Source: Candidatus Borrarchaeum weybense
GTDB lineage: Archaea > Asgardarchaeota > Sifarchaeia > Borrarchaeales > Borrarchaeaceae
Assembly (NCBI GenBank): GCA_019057385.1
Contig: JAHQJS010000007.1
Location: 320,001 to 384,000, forward strand
DNA length: 64,000 nt
Direction of reading: 5' to 3'
Part shown: piece by piece, positions 1 to 9,084 of the stretch
Numbering within the stretch: position 1 is the stretch's first letter
Layout: every line of letters begins with the position of its first letter
Program-made: the position numbers and the translations under genes
The notes under the pieces: model-generated
What the model was told of the DNA's origin: nothing
The model's database searches: none
The model's input: only the letters and a program-made list of their open reading frames with translations

Positions 1-176
1 TGATGAGATAATCATTCTCTCTTGGAGAGCTTAACGCAGAATATGCATGAAAAATCATTAATATCTTGAGAGTTCACGCAATATAGTTTTTTCAAACTAT
101 TTATTCTAGTACACCTATACACCATTGTATCATTATTTGCCAAATTGGTACAAGGTTTAATAGAGAGTAGGGGACG

Positions 177-653
177 ATGGCGAAGAAAATGGCAATACCA
201 TGGAAATTCAAATATGAATTTGCTATGGGAAGATGGACATCCAATCTCAAAGCATACCTTTATGCGATCCGCGAGAAATATGGTCCAGAAGCAGCACTCG
301 AAATCTATGAAAGAACTTGCAAAATGAATGATAGAATAAAGAGTTTTACCAATGCCGTTCTAAAGGCCTTCGAACTAGAGGGAAACGATGCTGAAACAAT
401 AGGGAAGTGGTGGGACATCTGGCATGAACTCACTGGGACGAGAGGTACTATACTTGAGCGGTCTAAAACCGTCTGTAGATTTAAAGTCACAAAGTGTCCG
501 ACTAAAACAGAGCCCAAAGATATCAGCGGTTGGTCCATAACCTTCGTAGATCTTATTGGTAAGGCTATAAATCCAAAAGCTACCCTGGAACGCCTTAAAG
601 GAATGTGCGCCGGCGATCCATATTGTGAATATGTATACAAGATAGAAGAATGA
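177..653 (+). CDS. V4R-like / L-2-amino-thiazoline-4-carboxylate hydrolase-like protein
   Basis: 158 aa ORF; 'VTKCP' and C-terminal 'MCAGDPYCEYVY' typical of the V4R/ATC-hydrolase-like fold; purine-rich SD upstream. Confidence 0.7.
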   Translation: MAKKMAIPWKFKYEFAMGRWTSNLKAYLYAIREKYGPEAALEIYERTCKMNDRIKSFTNAVLKAFELEGNDAETIGKWWDIWHELTGTRGTILERSKTVCRFKVTKCPTKTEPKDISGWSITFVDLIGKAINPKATLERLKGMCAGDPYCEYVYKIEE

Positions 654-691
654 CTTAGGGGCCTTAAAAACCAATTATGAAGGAGAAGATT

Positions 692-1171
692 ATGGCAAAG
701 AAAATGCCGATAACTTACGAACTCAAATACAAATATATGAAGGGGATGTTGACAACTCTGTTCAAAGGATTCATATATGCGATCCGTGAGAAATATGGTG
801 CCGAGGCAGCACTCGAAATCTATGAAAGGGTCAATGAAATGGATGATAGAATAAAGAATATGACAAATACGCTTAAAGAAGTCTTCAAACTAGAGGGAAA
901 TAATGGCGAAACATTTGCACAATGGTGGGAAGTTTTTTGGGAGATCACTGAGATGGAATATATAATACCTGAGCGGTCTAAAACATTTACTAGATTTGAA
1001 GTTCTTAAGTGTCCGTGGACAACGGAACCCAAAGACATCAGCGTTTGGTGCTTTTTGAGTTTGGTTGGTAAAATTGCTAAGACAATAAATCCACAAGCTA
1101 CGCTTGAACGCCCGAAAGCGATGTGTGCCGGGGATCCACATTGTGAATATATCTTCAAACTAGAAGAGTGA
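692..1171 (+). CDS. Tandem paralog of the preceding V4R-like/ATC hydrolase-like protein
   Basis: Aligns end to end with 177..653 (MAKKM, YAIREKYG.EAALEIYER, MCAGDP.CEY); ATG 692 follows GGAG. Confidence 0.7.
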   Translation: MAKKMPITYELKYKYMKGMLTTLFKGFIYAIREKYGAEAALEIYERVNEMDDRIKNMTNTLKEVFKLEGNNGETFAQWWEVFWEITEMEYIIPERSKTFTRFEVLKCPWTTEPKDISVWCFLSLVGKIAKTINPQATLERPKAMCAGDPHCEYIFKLEE

Positions 1172-1684
1172 AGATCAATTAAATTAGCAAGGATGGACTG
1201 AATGGATAACGTCTAGAGAATATCCAAACTTAAAAGTAATAATCATTAACGCAATTCAATAACATTCAACAGAAAATTAAAAAAAAAGAGCAAACTAGCC
1301 AATTAAAAAAGCGTTGATGAGCGCAAAAAATCGCTTTACCTACTAGAGATCTTTAGAAATGCTTATTTTCGTACTTTAAGAATTAGAGAGATCACAAAAT
1401 TAGTTAAAAGGGCCAACATCCGCCTGGATCCATAAATGAACTTCCTTTGTCTTATGTTTTATAGACTCGGAGGTAAAATTCAAGGATTAAATATAAGGTC
1501 CACTACTTTTTAGTTTCACACTGATTCCAAAAGTGATTTCAATTTGAAATATGCACATATTTATATTCTTAAAAACAATAACAACCGATTGTGCTTTCTT
1601 TGATAATAATAATCGCTTTAAAACAAAAGTAATTCTTTATTTGACTATTATGTTGATCAAGTTTAGTTTTCAAAGCAACAATTA

Positions 1685-1924
1685 TTAGTATCGTGAGAGG
1701 TCTAAGTTGAAAAATCTGACAAGTGCACTTCTTAGTCGCTTTTCAAGTTCCCTTTCATCTTCATTCAAATATCCCGCGTCTAGATATCTTCTAATAGCAC
1801 GCGTTATGAACCTTACGTCCTGTTCAGATCTCCCAATTGCTTTTGCAATTCGCTCATCTGATTTTCCTTCAGTTAGGAATTCCAAGACTTTACTGAATTC
1901 TTCATAACTGAATTCCGTGCTCAT
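1685..1924 (-). CDS. Small helix-turn-helix protein
   Basis: 'GKSDERIAKAIGRSEQDVRF' HTH pattern; GAGGGGG SD upstream. Confidence 0.6.
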   Translation of the reverse strand: MSTEFSYEEFSKVLEFLTEGKSDERIAKAIGRSEQDVRFITRAIRRYLDAGYLNEDERELEKRLRSALVRFFNLDLSRY

Positions 1925-2402
1925 TAAGCCCCCTCATATCTAGTATCACATATTCTAAATAATAACTCTTTTCTTTCTGACAGTGTAATTACACAAAAAC
2001 AATGAAAAGTAATATCTGCCCATATAGGCTAATGAAAAAATCGTTTCATTTGTCACTTTTAATTTATCGTCCTATTTTCATTTGCTTAATCTGCATAGAG
2101 TTAGAGTTAAACTTATTTGACTATAAAATTTTCAATTCTATTTTTTTACTGAATATTAGAGGATGTTTGCAAACTATTATCTCTAGAGTGACATATTTTA
2201 TTTTTGTCGGCATCCAAACTACGATAAATCTTCTTCAAAGATCATTAGCTAGCGTAGATAAATTAAAACTCTGCTATTGAAAATATTTTCATTTATCTCT
2301 CACATTATAGTGGTTATCTGTACTATGAGAGAAAATTCTTGTTTTTTCTTCAGTACTGTAAAAGCGTTGCTCTTATATACGGTTCTATGACGTGAAATTG
2401 AG

Positions 2403-2630
2403 GTGATAGAACTGAACGTAGAGTGTGAAAAATGTCTCATTTATCCAGTTAAAATTAATGCGATTAACTATTCAAATGATGAGGATTTTGTAGTTATAGA
2501 TGTTGATTCACTAGAAGAGCTTAAGTTTATTGCTGATGGTTTTCAAAAACCACTTTTGTACGACAATGCACATTATTTCGTTATTTTTGACAAGAATGTG
2601 CATTATAGAACCAAAAAGCTTATATTCTAA
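2403..2630 (+). CDS. Small hypothetical protein
   Basis: 75 aa ORF with protein-like composition; TATA-like TTATATA at ~2373; start uncertain. Confidence 0.45.
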   Translation: MIELNVECEKCLIYPVKINAINYSNDEDFVVIDVDSLEELKFIADGFQKPLLYDNAHYFVIFDKNVHYRTKKLIF

Positions 2631-3249
2631 TATGGAAAAAAGGCAGTACGATCGAAAAATTGAAGATATAATCAAATTAAAGGAAATCTTGGACGACAAA
2701 ATAAGACTTTAAAAGTTAAAAGGTATAGTTTCACGTATTATCTCCAAAGGAAATTATGTCCAATATACGTTCTGGAAAAAGCTGAATCTCGATGGATGAA
2801 ATCGATCAATTTTTGACATTATCATACAGAGGCTACTCTTAGATCTCCAAAAGATTATTGTCGTCTTATTATTCTCATTTTTGATTATTATCGGGCAAAT
2901 TTTAAATCTTATTTGCGTACGCGCTTTCATTAGACCCCCATATTTCGATTGGAAGTCTACAGACTTCATAACCACCTCTATGATGTATTATAATTATCTA
3001 TACGACACCTATATTGAATAACACCAGAATTAAAAATTGAATAACAACTTTTTGAAACAATCTTATATTGATTTTAATTAACTCACAAGAATCTAAAGAC
3101 TGAACTGGCAAGCGAAATTTAGAGTTGAATTACGAAATTCTTTTATAATTTCTGTTATTTAATCGTCTAAGCGTGAAAATTCCTTATTGCTTTAAAAGGA
3201 TTCATTATTGAGATTCTATAAAAAAAACAAAACAAGAAGTTGTATTCGA

Positions 3250-3957
3250 ATGGGAGAATTAAAAGCAGTAATATTCGATTGGGACGGGGTTTTAGTTCCA
3301 ATTAGAATAAACCTTGAGCAAGTATTTGATTATATTGTTAAAGAAATTTCCAAATATGGCGTTAATTTCAAAATAAATAGTGTTAAATTCAGCACCATTG
3401 AAGCACTCATTAAGACAGCAAAAAAGGACCTACAAGGTAAAGATATACCTATGAATTTCTTTGATAAATTACAGAATAAAGTGCTTGTAATGATTAATGA
3501 AATCTTTACAAAGGATGCACTCACAAATTCACTGAATAAAGAAGTATTACAAAGTCTCAAACAAGTTAGAGAACTTGGATTAAAAACAGGGATTTTTACA
3601 ATAAATAGGCTTCATATCGTGGAAAAAATATTAAATAATTCAAATGCAATTCATCTCTTTGACGCAATAGTTACACAAGACGATTTCGTTTTAAATTTAG
3701 AGAACATCGACAAAAAAGAACATCTAGATGCGTGTTTAGAACGATTGCAAATTTCAGGAGATGAATGCATGGTTGTAGGCGACCGTCCTATTGACATTCT
3801 TCCTGCACATGAAGTAAATGCGATTACGGTCGGTTTTATAGGATCTGATAATCGACATCAAATGGATACAATCGCTGATAAAATCGACTATACGATCGAT
3901 TCCATTACAAAACTCTATCAAATTATTATAACTCTTGAAGACCATAGTCCAACCTAG
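3250..3957 (+). CDS. HAD-superfamily hydrolase (phosphoglycolate phosphatase-like)
   Basis: Motif I 'VIFDWDGVL', motif II 'IFT', motif IV 'VVGDRPIDI'. Confidence 0.85.
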   Translation: MGELKAVIFDWDGVLVPIRINLEQVFDYIVKEISKYGVNFKINSVKFSTIEALIKTAKKDLQGKDIPMNFFDKLQNKVLVMINEIFTKDALTNSLNKEVLQSLKQVRELGLKTGIFTINRLHIVEKILNNSNAIHLFDAIVTQDDFVLNLENIDKKEHLDACLERLQISGDECMVVGDRPIDILPAHEVNAITVGFIGSDNRHQMDTIADKIDYTIDSITKLYQIIITLEDHSPT

Positions 3958-4070
3958 GTAATCCGGTAAGACGTTTGCACTTTGAATAGTACAACTAAGC
4001 CATCTGATTCTTTATTATAAATTATGTCGTAAAAATGAAATAGATTCAACTATTACTTCCGTAATATATT

Positions 4071-4283
4071 TTTATCGGCAAATCAATTAGAATTCTATTT
4101 ATTATCGGGCAAAATTCTTACACCCATTTATACGGATAATATCTAACGATAAAATCACATTTTTATGAAAATCTGTTTTTTTAAAGTGCTTTTTTATCAA
4201 ACTTGCCTATTTAAATTTCTTTTGTTTTTTTACTATTTTTGTCGTTAGTTCTTCTAATCCCTATTTATTTATCGGGCAAAATT
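4071..4283 (+). repeat. Cluster of TTATCGG(G)CAAA direct repeats in AT-rich intergenic DNA
   Basis: CTATTTATT(T)ATCGGGCAAAATT at 4095-4116 and 4261-4283; TTTATCGGCAAA at 4071; another copy at ~2884-2903. Confidence 0.6.
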
Positions 4284-4683
4284 TTGATTTAAGGACTGTA
4301 TAAATCATTCGCAAGCCCCTAATTCTTCGTTAGGAAGTTCGCAAGTAGATGACTTTAAACCATATAAAACAAAAACCATACTTCTTAAATGAATCTTGTA
4401 ATATCCGCATGAAGAACTAAGAGCAAAAACTTTCGGGCGCGATCTTCGGAAATCTTTGCTGGGCATCTTTAGAATGTCAAGAATTCCTTATTAACTCCTG
4501 AGTATCTAAACTCAACTATACACTTTATCATTTTAAAATATCAGATTTTACTCTCTATTATAATTTATTGGATGTGGAAAATTGCAAATCTTCACAAAAA
4601 ATATCAATCAGCTTCTGGAAGAAGAAATTGCTTTCTTAAAAGTTTAAATAAATGAAAAAATAGAATAATCCTCCGTGATGTAT

Positions 4684-5049
4684 ATGTCAAAAGAAGATGA
4701 AATATTAAAGGAATTACAGGAAATTAGAAAATTACTAACACCTAAACCTCCACCGCCACCACCAAAAGATTTACGTGAAGAATTCTTACAGTTCCTTTCT
4801 AAATACAAAATTCTTGGATTAGCAGTTGCCTTCATTATGGCTATATACTTAGGCACTTTGATTCAAGCACTCGTTGACGATATGATTATGCCAATAATAC
4901 AATTGGTCATTCCTGATATACAATGGGAAGAAATTGTTGTTGGACCGTTCAGAGTTGGACATTTTATAGGATCGTTAATAACTTTCTTAATAATAGCTTT
5001 TGTAGTCTTCTTGATTGTTAAATTTGCTTCAAAGATGCACATAGAATAA
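4684..5049 (+). CDS. mscL: Large-conductance mechanosensitive channel MscL family protein
   Basis: 'EEFLQFL', TM1 'LAVAFIMA...LVDDMIMPII', TM2 'GHFIGSLITFLIIAFVVFLIVK'. Confidence 0.85.
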   Translation: MSKEDEILKELQEIRKLLTPKPPPPPPKDLREEFLQFLSKYKILGLAVAFIMAIYLGTLIQALVDDMIMPIIQLVIPDIQWEEIVVGPFRVGHFIGSLITFLIIAFVVFLIVKFASKMHIE

Positions 5050-5077
5050 ACTTTTTTTTTTCACATTGGTGAAATTC

Positions 5078-5545
5078 ATGCAACTTAGAAATGCCAATGA
5101 AACTGATTTTGATGCTTGTTTACCCCTATTACAACAACTATAGCCATTCTCCAAAATTAATGGTGCTGATGCTGATTTTCAAGTTTTACAGGAGATCAAG
5201 GATGTCTTTTATCGATTACTCAGAAATCCTGCTACTGGGATTATCTTAGTAGAATCTGATGGTCAAATCATTGGTTTTTTAGACTTTACTTTTCGCATAA
5301 CGCTTTTTTATCGAGGCAGGGCAATGATTATCGAAGATTTGATAATTGACGAAAAATATCGAAGAAGAGGAATTGGAACAAAGTTGGTAAGGTTTTCCGA
5401 GGAAATTGCTGAAAAAAATGGTTGCTATGCCATTGAATTGAACTCAGATCTCTATAGAAAAGAGACTCATCACTTCTGGGAAGCGATAGGATATGAAAGT
5501 AAAGCCTACCAATATCGGAAATCATTAAATAAAGCAAAAAGATAA
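5078..5545 (+). pseudogene. GNAT acetyltransferase with in-frame TAG at codon 22 (nonsense allele or read-through)
   Basis: ATG 5078 after GGTGA SD reads MQLRNANETDFDACLPLLQQL*PFSK..., in frame with 'IEDLIIDEKYRRRGIG'; TAG at 5141-5143. Confidence 0.75.
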
Positions 5546-5590
5546 ATGTGAATGTGATTTAATTTAAAAAACTTCCATGAGTGATTTGAA

Positions 5591-6286
5591 TTGATAACTT
5601 CAAAAATGATAAAGGAAAAAGCTATCGAGTTTGGAGCTAATCTATGCGGAATAGCGCCTGTAGACAGATTTAAGAATGCCCCAAGGGGTTTTTCTCCTTT
5701 AGATCTTTACCCAAAATGTGAATCAGTTATTGTTTGCGCAAAAAGACTTCCAATTGGACTATTAAACTCAACGTCTTGTGTGCCATATAGCCACTACAAT
5801 GATTTTCTGCCCCTAGAACTCGATCGGATCTCACTTAAGTTAGCTTACTATTTGGAAGACATGGGTTATGGTGCCATCCCAATACCTTCAGATAACCCAT
5901 ATGAGCATTGGGAATCAAATCGAATGTATGGGCGAGCTATTCTTTCAATGCGACACGCAGCATATATGGCAGGTCTTGGGATATTAGGTAAGAATACTCT
6001 TGTGATTAACGAAGAATATGGAAACATGATTATCATCGGTGCAGTCTTAACTGATGTTAATCTTGAAGCAGATCCAATCATTGATAAAACAACACTTTGT
6101 CCTGAAAACTGTAGTTTATGCATTGATTCTTGCCCAGTAGATGCTTTAGATGGTATAACTATTGATCAGCAAAAGTGCCGACCTAGATCTATCGTTACAA
6201 ATGAAAAAGGATACACGCTTTACAAGTGCAACATTTGCCGAGAGATATGCCCTAATGGAAAGGGCACACTCTTCAAGAAAAAATGA
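5591..6286 (+). CDS. Epoxyqueuosine reductase (QueG)-like / reductive dehalogenase-like 4Fe-4S protein
   Basis: 'RHAAYMAGLGILGKN', 'CPENCSLCIDSCP', 'CNICREICP'. Confidence 0.8.
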   Translation: MITSKMIKEKAIEFGANLCGIAPVDRFKNAPRGFSPLDLYPKCESVIVCAKRLPIGLLNSTSCVPYSHYNDFLPLELDRISLKLAYYLEDMGYGAIPIPSDNPYEHWESNRMYGRAILSMRHAAYMAGLGILGKNTLVINEEYGNMIIIGAVLTDVNLEADPIIDKTTLCPENCSLCIDSCPVDALDGITIDQQKCRPRSIVTNEKGYTLYKCNICREICPNGKGTLFKKK

Positions 6287-6366
6287 CCAAAGTTCCATTA
6301 TTTCTTTTATAGAAAAATTTGTACTTTAGAGCATTACTCCACTTTTATAAAGAATATAAGCGGTAT

Positions 6367-7112
6367 TCAACCTTTTTCAGTGCTTTTTAGCCTTATGTCT
6401 GCCACATCTGGTTCATCTGGCAATAACCTATTGCCTTTATCCCACCCTCCGCCCCAGAGACCATCAAGTACAACATCACCAATCAAGTCAGCGTCATATT
6501 CATTAAATTTTGGAGCTCCAATCTCGATTCTATAATACACATAAGAATGAAGCGTTGTAAAGATATCATAGATAACTTCTTTTGAGTGACCTCTTTTCGA
6601 AAGTTTATACACCATTTCAACTAAATCATCCACTTTATTATCAGATTTTAAAACATTGAGTAATTCTATTTTGTATGATCTAAAATCCTCAATTTCCTTT
6701 AGAATATGGGGTATCTGGGGCTTGACATCTTGTTTAAGGATACCTCCATATTCTCTATAGAATTGGTGACCTACCTCGTACTAAAGTCACGAGGCTTCCT
6801 GCTTCAACGACAGACTCGATCCCCTTGCGGGTTACGGAGGTCTTATCTCCACAGGCGTAACATCCCTACGCTCCGTAGGTACTGCTAACGATGGTGAGGC
6901 AATCGGAGTATGCACCTTATCTGCAAGTGTGCGTATTATCCCTCCAATTGTTATTGATACCTTCCTCATATCACCTATATAACTTTAGGGAGACCCCTTG
7001 ATGCACATGATGAAAGTGAACGACAACTACCGTAATTCATCAACACGCTGAAGCTGTGTTGCTTTCTTGCTTAGCTACTCGTAATAGATTTTTTAAAATC
7101 TTCATTTTTCAT
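6367..7112 (-). pseudogene. Hypothetical gene interrupted by the IS200/IS605-type element at 6766-7080
   Basis: The 6367..6633 frame stays open up to the element edge (QFYREYGGILKQ...); a short 5' piece MKNEDFKK starts at 7112 beyond the element. Confidence 0.6.
6766..7080 (-). mobile_element. Non-autonomous IS200/IS605 element carrying a TnpB-type omegaRNA scaffold, no ORF
   Basis: TTAC target 5' of the left end; left hairpin AAAG-CAACAC..GTGTTG-ATGAAT; 3' part 'TTACGCCTGTGGAGAT...GTCGTTGAAGCAGGAAGCCTCGT..ACGAGGTAGGTCAC' resembles tnpB right ends; internal TATA (forward 6976-6986). Confidence 0.8.
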
Positions 7113-7185
7113 TATTTCTCACTTAATTGCGTTGAAAATGGAATTAAGCCCGAGAGAGACGTTTTATAAATTAATAGCTATGATT

Positions 7186-8451
7186 CTATTTTTTGAATGT
7201 CCGAATGCTGACTGTATCCGTTTTTGCATCAAAATCTAGAATTTTTTTTGTTGACAAATCAAAAATAATTTCTGAAAACGTCTGGGGAGGTAATTGAGAC
7301 TTTATGAACAGAGTATCATAATTCATTTCTTGTTCTTTGTTCTCAGCTAGGATTTCACAAATCGTAAAATAGGGGTCATTTGTTCCTCGAATCAGTCCTA
7401 CGTCATTTAATCTATGGATAAGTTCATCAAACGGGATAATTACTCTTACTTTTTTCATTTTTTTAATTGATTTAGATTTTACTTTGGCATCTTTTAGATC
7501 TACTAGATCCACGATATTTACACTTTCTTCACTTGAGTTTATTGCTTCCATTGTTTCCGTAGGCATAGTCTTAGAAATTTCTTCTTTTTTAAGTTCGTCA
7601 ATTTTGGTTTTTGCTATGTCAATATCACTTTTGACTTTCTTTATTAAAACCTCATTTAATCTTTCATCGATTTGATTCATTTCGATTTCAAGTGCGTGGA
7701 AAGCACTTCTCATTTCTGTGATAGCATCATGAAATTTTGCCATTTGATCATAGAAGAATTTAATATCATCTCTTGCAGACTTAACAAATTGATCTATTTC
7801 CGCTTTCCAATCTGATTCTGGTGCTTCTGTGGAGGCTTTATCTTTTAAAGTTCTCTCTACTATCTCTGTTAATCCTTCGTTGGTCAGTTTTGATATCGGG
7901 GCCTCTTCCAAATCTTCCTCTTGAGTAAGTAACTCCATTGCTTCTACTGAGATATCTTCCTGTGAATCTAGTGTTATTTCTTCTATCTTTACTGATTTTT
8001 CCTCTTTGATTTCTCGTTCAAGATGTTTTCGTGCATTTTTGATTGCTGTCCTTAACGATTTAGTTGCTATACCTAGCGTTTCAGGAATCATATCTACTTC
8101 AAGCTCGGCTATGTCTTCAATTGATGTGATGCCAAATTCAACTAACTTTTCAGCAGTTTTATTACCGATTCCGCGTAACTGCGTCAGTTTTTTGTATATC
8201 TCTACTCTTTCTGCCTCTGTTAGTTCTTCTTCTGTTTTTTCCTTGATGCTATCTACATCAACTTCTTTAGCCTCCTCCTCTTCAAGATCTGATCTTGTGT
8301 CTATTACTTCGTTGTCTACTTGTAAATCTGATATCTGTTCTTCTACATGATTTGATTCTTTGATTTTATCCAGTGCAGCAATAAAAGCGTCTTCTAACTC
8401 TCTTTTTGCGCGATTTTTTGGCGAAAGGGATTTTTCTTCTTCTTCTTCCAT
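7186..8451 (-). CDS. Acidic protein with paired helix-hairpin-helix domain, coiled coil and C-terminal winged-helix-like domain
   Basis: 'LTQLRGIGNKTAEKLVEFGITSIEDIA...LGIATKS' HhH; heptad region; Glu-rich linkers. Confidence 0.65.
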   Translation of the reverse strand: MEEEEEKSLSPKNRAKRELEDAFIAALDKIKESNHVEEQISDLQVDNEVIDTRSDLEEEEAKEVDVDSIKEKTEEELTEAERVEIYKKLTQLRGIGNKTAEKLVEFGITSIEDIAELEVDMIPETLGIATKSLRTAIKNARKHLEREIKEEKSVKIEEITLDSQEDISVEAMELLTQEEDLEEAPISKLTNEGLTEIVERTLKDKASTEAPESDWKAEIDQFVKSARDDIKFFYDQMAKFHDAITEMRSAFHALEIEMNQIDERLNEVLIKKVKSDIDIAKTKIDELKKEEISKTMPTETMEAINSSEESVNIVDLVDLKDAKVKSKSIKKMKKVRVIIPFDELIHRLNDVGLIRGTNDPYFTICEILAENKEQEMNYDTLFIKSQLPPQTFSEIIFDLSTKKILDFDAKTDTVSIRTFKK

Positions 8452-8664
8452 AGACAGCTTCCTCAATTACTCAATATTGATACTCCTTTTAAAACCTTCT
8501 TAGGCAATAGATGATAAAACACTCTAATTAATCTTTTTCTAAAACCACGCGAGATAAACTAAAACACCAAAAAATGATTAGTTCAATACTAAAAGTCAAA
8601 TTTATAAAAAAGAAAAGCAAAGTTTTTAGCAAAAAAGTGAGAAACTAAGTTAAGAGTTGGATAA

Positions 8665-8850
8665 TCACTCATATGCCACGATAACAATGCCTAATTCTTT
8701 TTCAAGAATTTTTACTTTGTTAATTTGTTCTTCGGTCAGTTGAGCTGGTTTCATTTCTTTATATGCTAGAAGAATTTTTCCTCGCATCTCATTCTCTAGA
8801 GCCCGTAGTTTTGCAACATCCATTTCTGATAGGTCAGCATACTTTAGCAT
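8665..8850 (-). CDS. Small protein built from two ~30-aa repeats
   Basis: 'YADLSEMDVAKLRALENEMRGKILLAYKE' / 'PAQLTEEQINKVKILEKELGIVIVAYE'; GGAGG SD. Confidence 0.75.
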   Translation of the reverse strand: MLKYADLSEMDVAKLRALENEMRGKILLAYKEMKPAQLTEEQINKVKILEKELGIVIVAYE

Positions 8851-8906
8851 TTGTTTTATCCCTCCAGATATATAGATGACCTAAGCTATATTTGAATTTT
8901 ATTTCC

Positions 8907-8923
8907 TAGGATAAAGTATCCTA
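8907..8923. promoter_or_regulatory. Perfect 7-3-7 palindrome upstream of the small-protein promoter (candidate operator)
   Basis: TAGGATA-AAG-TATCCTA. Confidence 0.45.
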
Positions 8924-9084
8924 TTCCATAATACACTAAAATCAGAGTAGGTTGAGTAAACTAGAAGATTGAGCGGAAGTTCTGAATTGGATTTCTTGAT
9001 TGATCACCCTACCAAGCCTAAAGAAATAGATTAGCAAGAAATCAAGAAAAAACTGGCATAAATAAACCAAAATAAAATATGTAG

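Noticed and set aside
2002-2975. ORFs 2002..2280, 2530..2712 and 2754..2975
   Set aside because: Low-complexity AT-rich translations with no motifs or SD
4071-4283. Possible CRISPR array
   Set aside because: Few copies, irregular spacing, no cas genes
6706-6888. Short ORFs over the IS-derived elements (also 36244..36435 and 46699..46899)
   Set aside because: No transposase or TnpB motifs; they overlap RNA scaffolds
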